From positions 160,331,257 to 160,369,621 of the forward strand of contig NC_068981.1 of NCBI RefSeq assembly GCF_001194135.2: a DNA stretch of 38,365 nucleotides, read 5' to 3'. The stretch is from Octopus bimaculoides (lineage: Eukaryota). The notes beneath the pieces were generated by a model. It worked only from the letters and a program-made list of their open reading frames with translations. It was not told the origin of the DNA and searched no databases. Positions 11,761-23,615 of the stretch are shown here, in pieces (within the stretch, counting starts at the first letter, position 1; each line of letters opens with the position of its first letter). Made by a program: the position numbers and the translations under genes.

Positions 11761-12069
11761 TATATATATATATATAATTTATTTATTCATAATAGAATAA
11801 AAAGATAAAATCACGTTAATGATTTTTGTCAGGTAGTCAGCATGAAATTAAAATTTATAGGTAATTTATATATTAAATTGATAATTATATATGTATACTA
11901 GCAGTCCTGTCATCTGTTGGAGGATGGTAGGGATTCACTCCCCTGCTGGGAATATATATGTACAGGGTTCAGGCTGCACCTATAACCAGCTGGTAGAAGA
12001 TCTACCTGGGGTTAAACTAGTAGTAACATTGAACAGCCATATTGATGTGGTAATTAACTTTATTTAACA

Positions 12070-13276
12070 CTAGCAGAAATACCCAGCGTTGCCCGGGTTA
12101 AAGAGAATAATGAAATCTAAAAACGCCGTCTAGACTACGCATCATCTTTATATATAGAGATGTATATACACACACGCACCCAAACACACGTATATATATG
12201 TATATCAATATAAATATATGAAAGTCAATGAAGCTTCGTAAAAGAAGGTGATCATGTACATACTTTCTTGCTGTTGTGATTATAACACCTCGTTGTAAAC
12301 TATGTTCCTTGTTTTCTCTTGTGGAGCATATACAAATAGGTTTTTTTTTGCTGCCCACTCTTGAGCAGCCAACATACAGTTGTCCATGTGAGAAGCAGGG
12401 CTCTTCCAAGAGAAGNNNNNNNNNNNNNNNNNNNNNNNNNNNNNNNNNNNNNNNNNNNNNNNNNNNNNNNNNNNNNNNNNNNNNNNNNNNNNNNNNNNNN
12501 NNNNNNNNNNNNNNNNNNNNNNNNNNNNNNNNNNNNNNNNNNNNNNNNNNNNNNNNNNNNNNNNNNNNNNNNNNNNNNNNNNNNNNNNNNNNNNNNNNNN
12601 NNNNNNNNNNNNNNNNNNNNNNNNNNNNNNNNNNNNNNNNNNNNNNNNNNNNNNNNNNNNNNNNNNNNNNNNNNNNNNNNNNNNNNNNNNNNNNNNNNNN
12701 NNNNNNNNNNNNNNNNNNNNNNNNNNNNNNNNNNNNNNNNNNNNNNNNNNNNNNNNNNNNNNNNNNNNNNNNNNNNNNNNNNNNNNNNNNNNNNNNNNNN
12801 NNNNNNNNNNNNNNNNNNNNNNNNNNNNNNNNNNNNNNNNNNNNNNNNNNNNNNNNNNNNNNNNNNNNNNNNNNNNNNNNNNNNNNNNNNNNNNNNNNNN
12901 NNNTACATATACATCTCTCTCTCTCTCTTTCTGTCTCTCTCTTTCTCTCTTTCTCTGTCTGAAAGTATCTGTCACTACAGTATCGAAATGTGATTGTTTC
13001 AGTTAGTGGAATAGTTTCATTTTTAAAGTGAAAGTATTTGACATGAATGTTTTTGTTTCACTTTTGACACTTAATACTTAAATAGTGGAGGAGATATTAT
13101 GTTGCCGTGTGCTCGAACTCTGCAAGAAGTTAATAATTTTTTTTGACTAAAACACAACTGGAATCCTAAGTAAGGCATGTGTAAAATTTGAATGAAATTG
13201 GTTGCGTAGTTCTCGAGTTTTAGGGATTCACACAGACAGACAGACAGACACACATTCTCATTTTTATATATATAGA
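12070..13276 (-). mobile_element. Non-autonomous Helitron retaining the RepHel helicase C-terminus (spans an N gap)
   Basis: 5' end A|TCTATATATATAAAA at 13276. 3' hairpin ACCCGGGCAACGCTGGGT (12081-12098) followed by CTAG|T at 12070-12073. Helicase motif VI EEPCFSHGQLYVGCSRVG, then frameshifted NLFVYAPQEKTRNIVYNEVL*. Continuity across the gap is assumed. Confidence 0.8.
12416..12903. other. Assembly gap (N run)
   Basis: N bases. Confidence 1.
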
Positions 13277-13539
13277 TAATTATATTAAGGGAGCAAGGCA
13301 AAATACCTATCTTGTATACGCTTACAATTAATGCCGAGGCACTAAAAAACTACCGAAAATCTCAAAAAAAAGATACAGGTTGTAGTCGAGCTAGTGAAAA
13401 AATTCTGAAAAAGACTTCGCGTTAATTGTGAATTGGGTCCAATTTCTATATTAAAGCCATAAAAAGGCTTTTTTCCTTCATCAACACATTACACGAGAAA
13501 TATACATACAAATAATTATACATACCAAGCTTTTTTTAA

Positions 13540-13832
13540 AGCTTAGTGCTTATTCTATCAGTTTATTTTGCTGAACTGCTAAGTTGCAGGGATGTAAACA
13601 CATCAGCACCAGTAGTCAAATGCTGGTGGGGGGACCAAATAAAACACAAAGACATACAGACATAGATATATACAATGCGCTTCTTTCAGTTTCCATGTAC
13701 CAAATCCACTCAAAAGGCTTTGGTCAGCCCAAGATTATAGTAGAAGTTAATTGCCCAAGGTGCCACACTGTGGGACTGAATGCTGAACGATGTGATTGGA
13801 AAGCAAGCTTCTTGCCACACAGCCATACATGT
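13540..13832 (-). mobile_element. SINE family A copy
   Basis: Reverse complement resembles 11401-11760. Confidence 0.8.
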
Positions 13833-16457
13833 ATTGTAAGATGTGATGTACTTTTCCATTTTTCAAGATAGTAAGAATCCATCTCATCTAAGAAGTCTAC
13901 CTCAATCTATACAACATATAGATTGAGTTATAAGTTGAAATAATGGAAAATTTAACATTTTGATGGTCCACTGACAATCTTGATTTGAAGTCTGCAAGTC
14001 AATTCTTTCTATTTCAGTAAAATCTAATTTTCCAAACATTTTTGTTGCATATTGAGTTATAAATGATTATAGGTCTAAATGTGAACTTATAATCTATGCA
14101 TAAAAATTTCAATTTCCTTATTAATTTTCTATTGATATACAGTATACTTTATTATTTTTTGGATTAGATGCAATACTTATATCTGATAAAACTTAACTTC
14201 TGTAACATTTTTTTTATTCTCTAATACAAAAAAAAAGAAGAAAATTACCAGCTTAAGCTTACATTTTGTAGATGTGGTTATCAGTGCATCATCCTGCAGA
14301 TATTGTCTTTTTGTTTTGTATCAATTCTTTTGTAGGTATACATTTCTTAACACTTTTAGAGCCATGTAGTGTTTTTCTTCCACATGCTTATTTTATGCGT
14401 TTTAAATATTATGGTGTCAACTGATCACATGGAAAATACTGCTGTCTCTTATATTGCATGTGCTGTCTCACATATTGCATATCAGAGCTAGTAAAAAAAA
14501 AAAAAAGAAAGAAAAGCCCGAGTTGTGGTGGAGTACCACACCAACTGGAAATTGATATCATTGTCTAGTGTTGAGATCAATTACTCTGAAATGAAAGTGA
14601 AAGGATGAATGTTAAAAAATTACCCCATTGATTGTTTGATTCACTAAGATTCAAGTCAGTTCCTTTTTTGTTAGTGTTTTGTGATATTTTATTAGGTGCG
14701 CAATTACAGTGGGAATTGATATTCACTAACATAGTTTTTCTTGTTCACAGGAGTATGAGGTGTGTTGTATTATCATCATTGACAACTTGTCATTTTATTA
14801 GTATTTATAATACTCAACATTCCTTTTTGTGGCTCTGCCAGGAAAGTCATTTTTTTTTTGTTGGCATTGTCTATAGCTTGTTTGTAATGTCACACTTCAT
14901 ATAAATGTAGAAGCTCATTGATATTTCAGAGTAGTGATCTTCAGAGTTTACCTGATATGACTGACATTTTCTGTTGCTGGATCTCCTCCAAAGAATAATG
15001 GTTTCCAACATCTCTTTTTCATATTGCTTCTTTGTTCTTAAAGATATTTTAACTTCAGATGCATATCCTTGAAAGTGAGCTATTCCCTCCTATACATTTC
15101 TCATAAACTCCTGTTTCAAAATTTTTATCCCTTTTCATGCCAACCTACCTCAGACAGCCCCTGCATCTATGATACAAACTGCTTGTTTTAAAGCAAACTA
15201 AAAATACCATCTATCAAAATTTTATGTTAATTCATGTTCCAAACACCACCTTAACAATGAGTTATTTTACTAAATCTTTTGTTATTTCCAAAATTAATTG
15301 TAAGGGAGTGCACTTCAGCAGAAATATGGCAACAAAAGGATTTGATAATTATTTATTGTCTAGTATACATCATGACTTTATAATGAAATGTCTAGCTAAT
15401 AATTTATGGTAACTTGGATGTGACCCTCATTGCTTTTATTACACTGATATCTGGGATGTGGAATTATATCCTATATTACGATATCAAATCCCCAAGTAGT
15501 TTGTTCTTAATAGTACTATGGTTTGCTAGGTAACTACAATATCCATAGACACATTACCATTTGTTATTAACTGCGTAACATGTACCCATCATAGCAAAGT
15601 GACTAGGAAAGCAAAAAGATGCTTTTGTGTGACACACAACCTGAAACCTCTCTCTTCTCTTAAACTTTTTTGTTAAACTTTTTTGGCCTCTTTTAAATGA
15701 TCTCCCAACAAACTTTCTAGGATCCACATAGCGAGCTCTCTTCAACCAAGATGTGTTTCTGAGTCTTGTCTTTGCCTATAAACCCGCTATTTATTTTGCT
15801 GCCAACTTTACCATTTATAATTCTGTTCTGAATATGCACACAATGAAAATCCTCCTAAACTAACTTCTGTTTCAAACTTATCTACCTCAGCATTTTGTGC
15901 ACACAGTTGATATGTGTGAAAACTGTTTCAGTCACTTCATACAAAGTGATTGGTCCTGATCTCTACATACTTCTCAAATATTATACTTCTAAACTGGTCT
16001 CTTTTTTAGTAAGCTTTTTGACCTTTTCATTTCAACATTTATTTACCTTGACTTTTGAAAATGCATAACAGTATCTACCGACTTACTGCTGATATTTATT
16101 CTCATTAGTCAAGTAACATAATAGTAACCTTCGAAATCTATATGATCACCATCATCATTATCATCATCATCTTATGTTCATTTTACCATGTTGGCATGGT
16201 TGTGTAAGTCTCACAGTATTTCACTACCTATCACAGTCCTTCATCATCTAGCACCCACAGCAACAGAAAAAAGCAGCTAAAACTTTGTTGTCATGTGTGT
16301 TTTTGGTGCATGGCTTTTATGGCTGAATGTTTAGTGTATTCTTGCTACTGGCACTAAAAGAGGATCTCTACAGTTTTATTTGGAGTTATTGTTGTCCTAC
16401 CTACATTAGTTGCCTATGTTGTAGCTTGCCTATGTCTCATGTTTATTCTTCCATATG

Positions 16458-16488
<31 letters not shown>

Positions 16489-16589
16489 GGAAACAAAGAT
16501 GACCAATTTGTTGTTAATAATAAACAATTATTAACTTCCTAATCTCAATTTTCTTTTCTTCTTTTAAATGGATATAAACTATATCTATA

Positions 16590-16852
16590 AAAAAGATTCC
16601 TTCAGTCATGAATAACCATAGGATTGCACCTAGAAACTTACCCTCTGAGGCACAAGTCTGGGCAAGGTTGTTTATAGAAGACCAGCAGTCCCCTCTCCAC
16701 GCCACCAATGTTATCCAAGGGTGAGGTAAAGGCTAATACAGCATGACACCAGTGATATTGCAACTCAATTCTACAGCTGAGTGAACTAGAGCAATGTGAA
16801 ATAAAGTGCCTTGCTCAAAAACACAACACACAGCCCAGTCCAGGAATTGTAC
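16590..16852 (-). mobile_element. SINE, family D (head truncated)
   Basis: Minus strand gtgttgtgtttttgagcaaggcactttatttcac resembles the conserved central domains seen in tRNA-SINE superfamilies. Sequence is distinct from families A-C. Confidence 0.55.
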
Positions 16853-17075
16853 TAAAAGGGCATCTCCCTGTAGGTGAAGGTAGATTTTATGATGCTTGTG
16901 TACAAAGTGTGATGCTGCATGGTAGTGAGACACGGGTATTGAAATGCAGAGGATGTGTGATGGCTGGAAAGAAATGAAGTGAGCATTCCCCACTAAATGT
17001 ATAATATCAGAGTGCATGAATAGTAAAGCATAGTTGAACTGAGAGAAAAAAAAATAGGCAGCAAAGGAATTGATC
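16853..17075 (+). mobile_element. RTE 3' ORF2 fragment
   Basis: KGRFYDACVQSVMLHGSET...LERNE-like. Homologous to 9760-9960. Confidence 0.75.
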
Positions 17076-17132
17076 ATTGTTTAGAGATATGCAATTTGTA
17101 CATATATAGGTGCAGGCATAACTGTGTGATAA

Positions 17133-17385
17133 GGCGATGAGCTGGCAGAAACGTTAGCACGCCAGGCAAAATACTTAACGGTATTTCGTCTGCCGCTACG
17201 TTCTGAGTTCAAATTTCACCGAGGTCGACTTAGCCTTTCATCCTTTTGGGGTCGATTAAATAAGTACCAGTTATGCACTGGGGTCGTTATAATCGGCTTA
17301 ATCCGTTTGTCTGTCCTTGTTTGTCCCATCTATGTTTAGCCCCTTGTGGACAATAAAGAAATAAGAAGCTTGCTTCCAAGTTCAG
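17133..17385 (+). mobile_element. tRNA-derived SINE, family B (CpG-rich, probably younger copy)
   Basis: gagctggcagaaacgttagcacgcc...gagttcaaattt...ggggtcgat...aaagaaat. Homologous to 32945-33410 and 26160-27075. Confidence 0.85.
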
Positions 17386-17483
17386 TACAGCTGTGTGTTA
17401 CCTTGAGACTATTATAGACTCATACCGACCAAAGCCTTGTGAGTGGATTTAATAGACAGAAACTGAAAGAAGCCCATCATATG

Positions 17484-17552
<69 letters not shown>

Positions 17553-17661
17553 CAAATTAAAAGGGTAGATTCGGTTATGCTTTCAGGTTTGTGTCGATGT
17601 AGAATGTTCACTCGTTCATGCATGCACAGTTTGCTAGCATGGTCGAATTTACTACTGGAAT

Positions 17662-17721
17662 ATCGTATTGATGAAGGAAATTGAGTATTTATCACTCATA
17701 ATCCAGAAACGCGTCTACGAT
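17662..17721 (+). ncRNA. Type-I hammerhead-ribozyme-like motif
   Basis: atcgta|TTGATGA|a|gga-aat-tgagt-atttatc-actca-taa-tcc|a|GAAAC GC GTC|tacgat. Perfect 6-bp helix I, palindrome ACGCGT, triplet GUC. Confidence 0.72.
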
Positions 17722-19476
17722 TAACTTCGGAATGGTTAGTTTTCATTGTTTTTTTCTTCTTGTTTTTGCCTTTGTGAGTTACAAGTAATGCTATCTGTTG
17801 GAGTCTCAGCTTTTTTAGCTGCTATTTCTGAACTTCGGTATGTGGTGAAGCAAATATTTGCTGATCCCTAAATTATGTTTATATATATATATATATAGAC
17901 GTATATATTGTGTGTGTCTTTGTGCTTGTCCCCCACTGCTGCTTGACAATTGGTGCCGGTGTATTTATGTCCCGTAATTTAGTAGCTTGGCAAAAGAGAT
18001 CAATAAAATAAGTACCAGGCTTAAAAACAAAAAAATACTGGGGTTGATTCATTTAGCTAAAAATTCTTCAAGTGCCCCACCATGGCGTCAGTCTAATGAC
18101 TGAAACAAGGTAAAAGATAAAAGGTGTATGTGATGTACAAGTGATTAAAAAGTTCACTTTACAGTTATGAGATTCTAGGTTTTATCCCAGTGCACAGTAT
18201 CTGGAGCAAGTGTATTTTATTATAGCCTTATGTTGACCCACGCTTTGAACAAAATTCAGTTGATGGAAACTGTGTGGAAGCCCAACATGTGGACTGTACC
18301 GGTGGTTTCCATGAGCCAACCTTGTCACACACTGTGTTGCAGTTTTTCTGGTGAGGATTATGTGAAGGTATACTTGTGTATGACATTGTTCCATTTTACT
18401 TCCTTTATTAGGCCATGTGGATAATTAGCTTACTTCTTGTACTCTGAATTTTAATAATTTCTTACCTTCTCATGTCCAGAAGAACTGGTATTTCAATACA
18501 GGTGGTTCAGCAAATATCTAGAAACTGTATGATCTTCACCAGTAAAAGTAAGCCTTAAACAGGGTATATAGCAGTAGTTGCTTTAATTTTTCTATCCAAT
18601 TGTAACATATTACTCTAAATAATTTTTTAAAATTAATTATAATTTGGGAAATAGTTTTACATTAATTATATGCAGTTGTTAAATACTATATAATTAGCTA
18701 ATTACTACCTGATTATTGCTTTGTTAATAAATGCTATGTATGATTCAGCTAAATAGGAATAATTCATCTAAAAGGCTAAATATAAATAGCATAATCAGAA
18801 AGTTTAAGACTATGTTAATTTAAGCTTATTTTTAATCATTTACAAAAAAGAATTATCTCAAATATCAAAGGATTTACAAGAAAAAAATATATAATCAACA
18901 TGTGTAAAACTAAAGGAATAGTATAGGTTTTTATTTAATGTCAAATATCTTCACCACAGCTGCATTACCCTCAACCTAATATTTCCAATGTCATAATGAC
19001 AATTAACAGATATCTCTACTTTAAAAACATGAATCACATAAATTCCCTATGACAGTTTTGATGTTATTCATTATATTTATTGTAATTATTGAAAGTAGTT
19101 CCTGTTCAGAATCAACCCTGAACATATTGTACATATTCTAATTAACTTCCCTTTTTGGCTGACACTCAAAAATAATTTGTTCATATTTTTATTTTTGTCA
19201 TTAGCATTATGAGTTTGTTATTCTTATGTCAATACAGAGTAGCTTTTCCAATAATATCTCAACATCAAATAACACATTCATCTGATAATCTTGTGAGTTT
19301 CATTTCAAGTATATTTTTGAAAAGAAAAAAAAAAAATAAATAAATATCCTCTTGCTTCACTGTGGACAATTTTGACAATTCGTTTACATTTATTCAATTT
19401 TGCATTTGTCATTGCTCTGAAAGATAACTTGTTGGAAAATATATCAAATATTGTTTACAGAAATATATTTTGATAT

Positions 19477-19581
19477 TCAATAGTAGTTGTCAGGTCTCTT
19501 ATCTGTTTCCAATGTTTCTTCTATATCACTACTGCTTCTCAATGGAACTTTTGATCTGAACATGTTTGTTTCATTGTAAAT
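19477..19581 (-). CDS. Candidate terminal exon of an unidentified gene
   Basis: Acceptor ttttcatttaacatttgtag, then IYNETNMFRSKVPLRSSSDIEETLETDKRPDNYY*, with an AATAAA downstream. No homology recognised. Confidence 0.27.
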   Translation of the reverse strand: MYNETNMFRSKVPLRSSSDIEETLETDKRPDNYY

Positions 19582-20079
19582 CTACAAATGTTAAATGAAA
19601 ATATTATGAAAATATAGATTCTTACACTTATATATATTGATTTCTTGAAATCAAAATGTAGATTGCTTTAGTATGCTTTACCCATTGTCTAATTCTTTTG
19701 TTTTCATTTATAGAACTAATTAATCATCTCTAATTTATTCACAATAATATATGTAGAGTGTGTGAAAATATAAGTGAAATGTATCATCACCATCATTATT
19801 GCTTTAATCCACATTTCCATGCTTGCTTGAGGCAGATTTTCTACACCAGATGTTATTCCTTGTTGCCATCCCCCATCCCTTGTTTCCAAGCAAAGTAATA
19901 TCCCCCACTAGTTCCTTAGACATGAACAGCACAATGGTTGGAAACATTTTCAGAGAAGATTGCAAATGAATGATACCACTTACATGTTTGTTTATAATTA
20001 TAGCCAAAACAAAGGAGCACAAACACATGTACCACACACACACACACACACACACATGCATGTGCACACATACATACAT

Positions 20080-21075
20080 ACATGTGTGTGTGTGTGTGTA
20101 CAAGTTTTCTTTCAGTTTCTATCTGCCAAATCCACTCACTAGGCTTTTACCAGTCCAGGGTTATAGTAGAAGACAGTTACTTAAGGTTCCTCACAGTTGG
20201 ACTGAACCCAAAGCCACATGTATGCAAAGCAAGCTTCTTAACTATAGAGTTATGTCTGTACCTACAGAAGGTACTTACCAAAGTTGATGCACAGTGGAAC
20301 TGAACCTGAAGTTTCTTAATCATACAGCCATATCTGCACCTATAAAGAAAACTTGTTTACATGGTTTACTCGGAGGTGAAAGGTTAGAGGCAATGCCCAT
20401 GACATTTTTCAGGGGTTTCGGACTAGTATGAAGAAAGTTACCCTTAGATCAGAGATTTGACCTGAATCCTTTCAATGCAGTGGACTCAGTTAAAGTTACT
20501 CTAGGATATGGTGGAGATCTTAAGCCAGGCAATAAACAGTTTAAGACCATTGCCTTAGAATAGAAATTTTTTACTGTTAACATTTTACTTTGCTGGACTG
20601 CGGCCATGTTGGATCACTGCATTGCAGTTTAGTCAAAAAAATTTACCTCAATATTCTTTCTTTTTAAAGTTTGATATCAGTCTCTTCTGTAAAAACTACT
20701 TAGTTACAAGGATATAAACAAACCAACACTGGTTGTCAAGGAGCAGGGGTTATTACATACATATACTATGGGCTTCAGTACAGTTTCTAACTAACAAGTT
20801 CACTTGCAAGGCATTAGTCAGCTTGAGATTATAGTAAAAGACACTTACCCAAGGTGCTGTGTGGTGGAACTAAACCTGAGATCACATGGTTGCAAAGTGA
20901 GCTACTCAACAACCCAGCCATGCCTATGCCTCTTCAGGTTTTCTATCTACAAAATTTCACTCTTCTACTTTCAATGATCTGAACTTAAAGTAGAGGACAT
21001 TTGTCCAAGACTACACAGAATGGGATTGAAGGCACAGCCACATACTTTCAAAATAAACTTCTTAAACACAGCCAT
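20080..21075 (-). mobile_element. Cluster of degenerate SINE family A pieces
   Basis: Repeated reverse-complement matches to A-family head and body, e.g. cacttacccaaggtgctgtgtggtggaactaaacc at 20843-20877. Confidence 0.7.
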
Positions 21076-21544
21076 GCTTGAGATAATATGCCAAAATCTT
21101 AATAAAAAAAAACAACTAATTATGTGCCTATAACTGTCTAGAATTAGACAAATCAGTTATTGAAAATTAGTCAGAGTAGTTTGTATTTCTATGCATTGGA
21201 AACAGAAATTTACTTAAATTTGAAATTTTTATTTTATATACTAAACTGATAGTTTGGTATTATTTTAACCAGTAGAAAGTCAAGTTGAGTTCAGATACAT
21301 TTTGCTGCTAGGTGTGTTTATACTCGATGAAGAAATATATTTCATATATGATTGTCCTTGCCATTACAGAAGGTTAGAAAAAATTACTATGTAGACTAAA
21401 TTTTGTCTTATATACATTTAGCAGGAAAATATTTTGGGTGTAGCAAGTGATGGGTATTGCAGTATAAAATCAAATGTCAACAGATGAGTCATGTCAGTAT
21501 AGAAAAGTATACTAGTCTTCAAGTACTAGTAAGGGAAAACTTAC

Positions 21545-21620
21545 AGCAATTGCATTATTATTTGTATGTATAAGATATTGGAGATCGTGACCAGCAAGAA
21601 AAAAAATTTCAATACATTGT
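21545..21620 (-). CDS. Candidate internal exon, phase-compatible with 19477-19581
   Basis: ataattcag|...|GTAAGT. 76 nt, phase 2 to phase 0, QCIEIFFLAGHDLQYLIHTNNNAIA. Confidence 0.27.
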
Positions 21621-22091
21621 CTGAATTATCTAATTATAGAGTCAAAGCTGGAATATAAGGTCAGCTAGTTGATCAGATGTAAGGAAAATGTTAATGATGC
21701 CTGGACAAACATGGAGATATGTAGTCATTAAGTCTACACATAAAGCTATCAGTGAAAGTGTAGTTATTTCTATGTAATTGATGTGTAAACAGTTATTAAG
21801 TGATTTGTTCTTGTTAAAATGGTTGACAAGAATAATTAATTTGTTCAACATGCCGTATTATCATAGGTTGTAAAAATTGACTGGTTAATCTCAGTGAAAT
21901 TTCAGTTACTGCTCATAGAATTATGGTTATCTTGTTAATAATTTCTACAGTACTACAATATTTTGTTGTAGTTCAGTAGTTTGTCATTGTATTTGCAATG
22001 AATATATTTTTTGGCACTCTATGTTGCAACAATGATATTCACACATGTGCTTTTCCTCGACTTTTTCTTTCTTTAGACCTTTCCTTTCTCT

Positions 22092-22127
22092 TTTTTCTGA
22101 TGAAGAGCTTTGTTCAAAACATAAAAA
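22092..22127 (+). ncRNA. Decayed hammerhead-like motif, same family as 513-549
   Basis: ttttt|CTGATGA|a|gagc-ttt-gttc|AAAAC ATA|aaaa. GAAAC GT has become AAAAC AT through two CpG-to-CpA changes. Downstream atacatccttttgtt is shared with the 470-630 segment. Confidence 0.5.
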
Positions 22128-22256
22128 GCCCAATCTTTTTTCCACCCTTATTGAGGATCAAGCTAAAGCATTCTATATATACATCCTTTTGTTGTTCTGT
22201 TATTTACTATTTCTTATGTTCTATTTTACTATTTCTTATGTTCTATTTCTTATGTT

Positions 22257-23045
22257 CTAAATTACGCAAAAATGAAAATAAGACTAACATCTGATTTTAA
22301 CAGATATATATATACCAAAATTACATAAAAATGTCTTGAAATACTAAAGAGTAAATTTACTCAATAAAATCGCCATTGGCTCCAACCACAGCCTCCAGAC
22401 GACTTCAGAATCTCCTGCAACTCTTCTGGACAGTCTCCTTGTTTAAGTTGGTGAATGCACCCCCCACATAATAATCAAGGGAGTTGCAGTCTGGGGAGGT
22501 AGATAACCAGATGTGGTCGCAGAAATTGTCTAACAGCCATGACTGGGTTCTCCTGCTTGTGTGACATAAGGTCTTCCAGCAGCCACCCTCTTGACCCAGG
22601 GCAGCACTACCTCTTCCAGGCACTTATGTAGGCCTCCATGTTGAGTGTGAGGCCATGTGGGAAGATGAATGGAGGCATAACATTGCCATCACTTGTGATC
22701 ACTCCAAACACCATGATGCTGACTGGTTGTTTGTTTGTTATCACTCTTGGTACATGCTTTGGGGACACTGCAAGCCAATGGTTGTTGTGTGTTCACCATC
22801 TGATTCTGGCAGAAATTTTTCTCATCTGAGAAAGACCAAACCATGTTTGGTTGGATGGAATGCTTCAGTTTGTTCAAAAGCTTTATAGTGTGGTCTTTTC
22901 TCTTTCCTTGATGCCTTGGGATAAAAATTGGCCCTTTCTCATCTTGTATGAGGAATACCAAATGTCTTCATGCACTACCTGGCTGATAAGAAACTCAGTC
23001 ACTCCCATGTCCTGTCGTAATGGACCTGATTGACTTGTCAATCAT
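22257..23045 (-). mobile_element. maT-like (DD37D) Tc1/mariner transposon remnant
   Basis: WSFSDEKNFCQ, MVFGVITSDGNVMPPFIFPH, CHTSRRTQSWLLDNFCDH, SPDCNSLDYY, CRRF*SRLEAVVGANGDFIE*. The D..D-type C-terminal motif is visible. The 37-residue spacing is inferred because this copy has deletions. Confidence 0.8.
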
Positions 23046-23071
23046 ACATGTATACATATATACACCCATAC

Positions 23072-23102
<31 letters not shown>

Positions 23103-23104
23103 CG

Positions 23105-23470
23105 TACGTGCAGGTGTGGCTGTGTGGTAAGAAACTTGGTTCCAAAACACATGGTCCTGGGTTCAGTCCCACCGTGTGGTGACTTAGCATGTGTCTTCTG
23201 CTATAGCCTCAGACCAACCAAAGCCTTATGAGTGGATTTTGTAGATAGAAACTGAAAGAAATCAATTGTATATATATATATATATATATATCTATATATA
23301 TGTATGTATATTGTATGTATATATGTAAGTGCATGCATGTTTTTTTGTCTGTGTTTCTCCCTCATCACTGCTTCACAACTGCTGTTCGTTTCTTTATATC
23401 CCCATAACTTACTGGTTTCACAAGAAGAAACTAATAGAATAAGTACCAGGCTTATCAAAATAAAAAAAAA
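23105..23470 (+). mobile_element. SINE family A copy
   Basis: gcaggtgtggctgtgtggtaag...gggttcagtccc...(TA)n...aataagtaccaggc. Confidence 0.85.
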
Positions 23471-23615
23471 GCACTAAGCAGTGTCTCATATTTTTCTTTG
23501 CCCACTCAGTTGTATCTATCAACCTATCTTTTTGCATGTGTGTGTGTGTGTATGTATATATATATATATATAATACACACACACATATACATGTATGTAT
23601 ATGTGCATATTCATA

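Larger units (their letters stand above)
17108..18122 (+). mobile_element. SINE family A copy interrupted by a SINE B and by a hammerhead-containing segment
   Basis: A head at 17108-17132, resumes at about 17386 (aagaagcttgcttcc), (TA)n at 17483-17550, 3' half at about 17900-18122. Confidence 0.8.

Noticed and set aside
11897-12060. ACTAG after a TA tract suggesting another Helitron 3' end
   Set aside because: No GC-rich subterminal hairpin and no matching 5' TC end.
12276-12993. Long ORFs of 204-231 aa in the track
   Set aside because: Artefacts of the N gap. Only the short Helitron helicase tail is real.
13901-13927. Perfect 11-bp hairpin ctcaatctata/tatagattgag
   Set aside because: Short and AT-rich, with no context supporting a function.
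17439-17695. YI/IY-rich ORFs here and at other TA tracts
   Set aside because: Translations of (TA)n microsatellites.
18480-21372. Plus-strand open exon candidates RTGISIQVVQQISRNCMIFTSK and VFILDEEIYFIYDCPCHYR
   Set aside because: Short single-frame openings expected by chance, with no consistent chain or recognisable homology.
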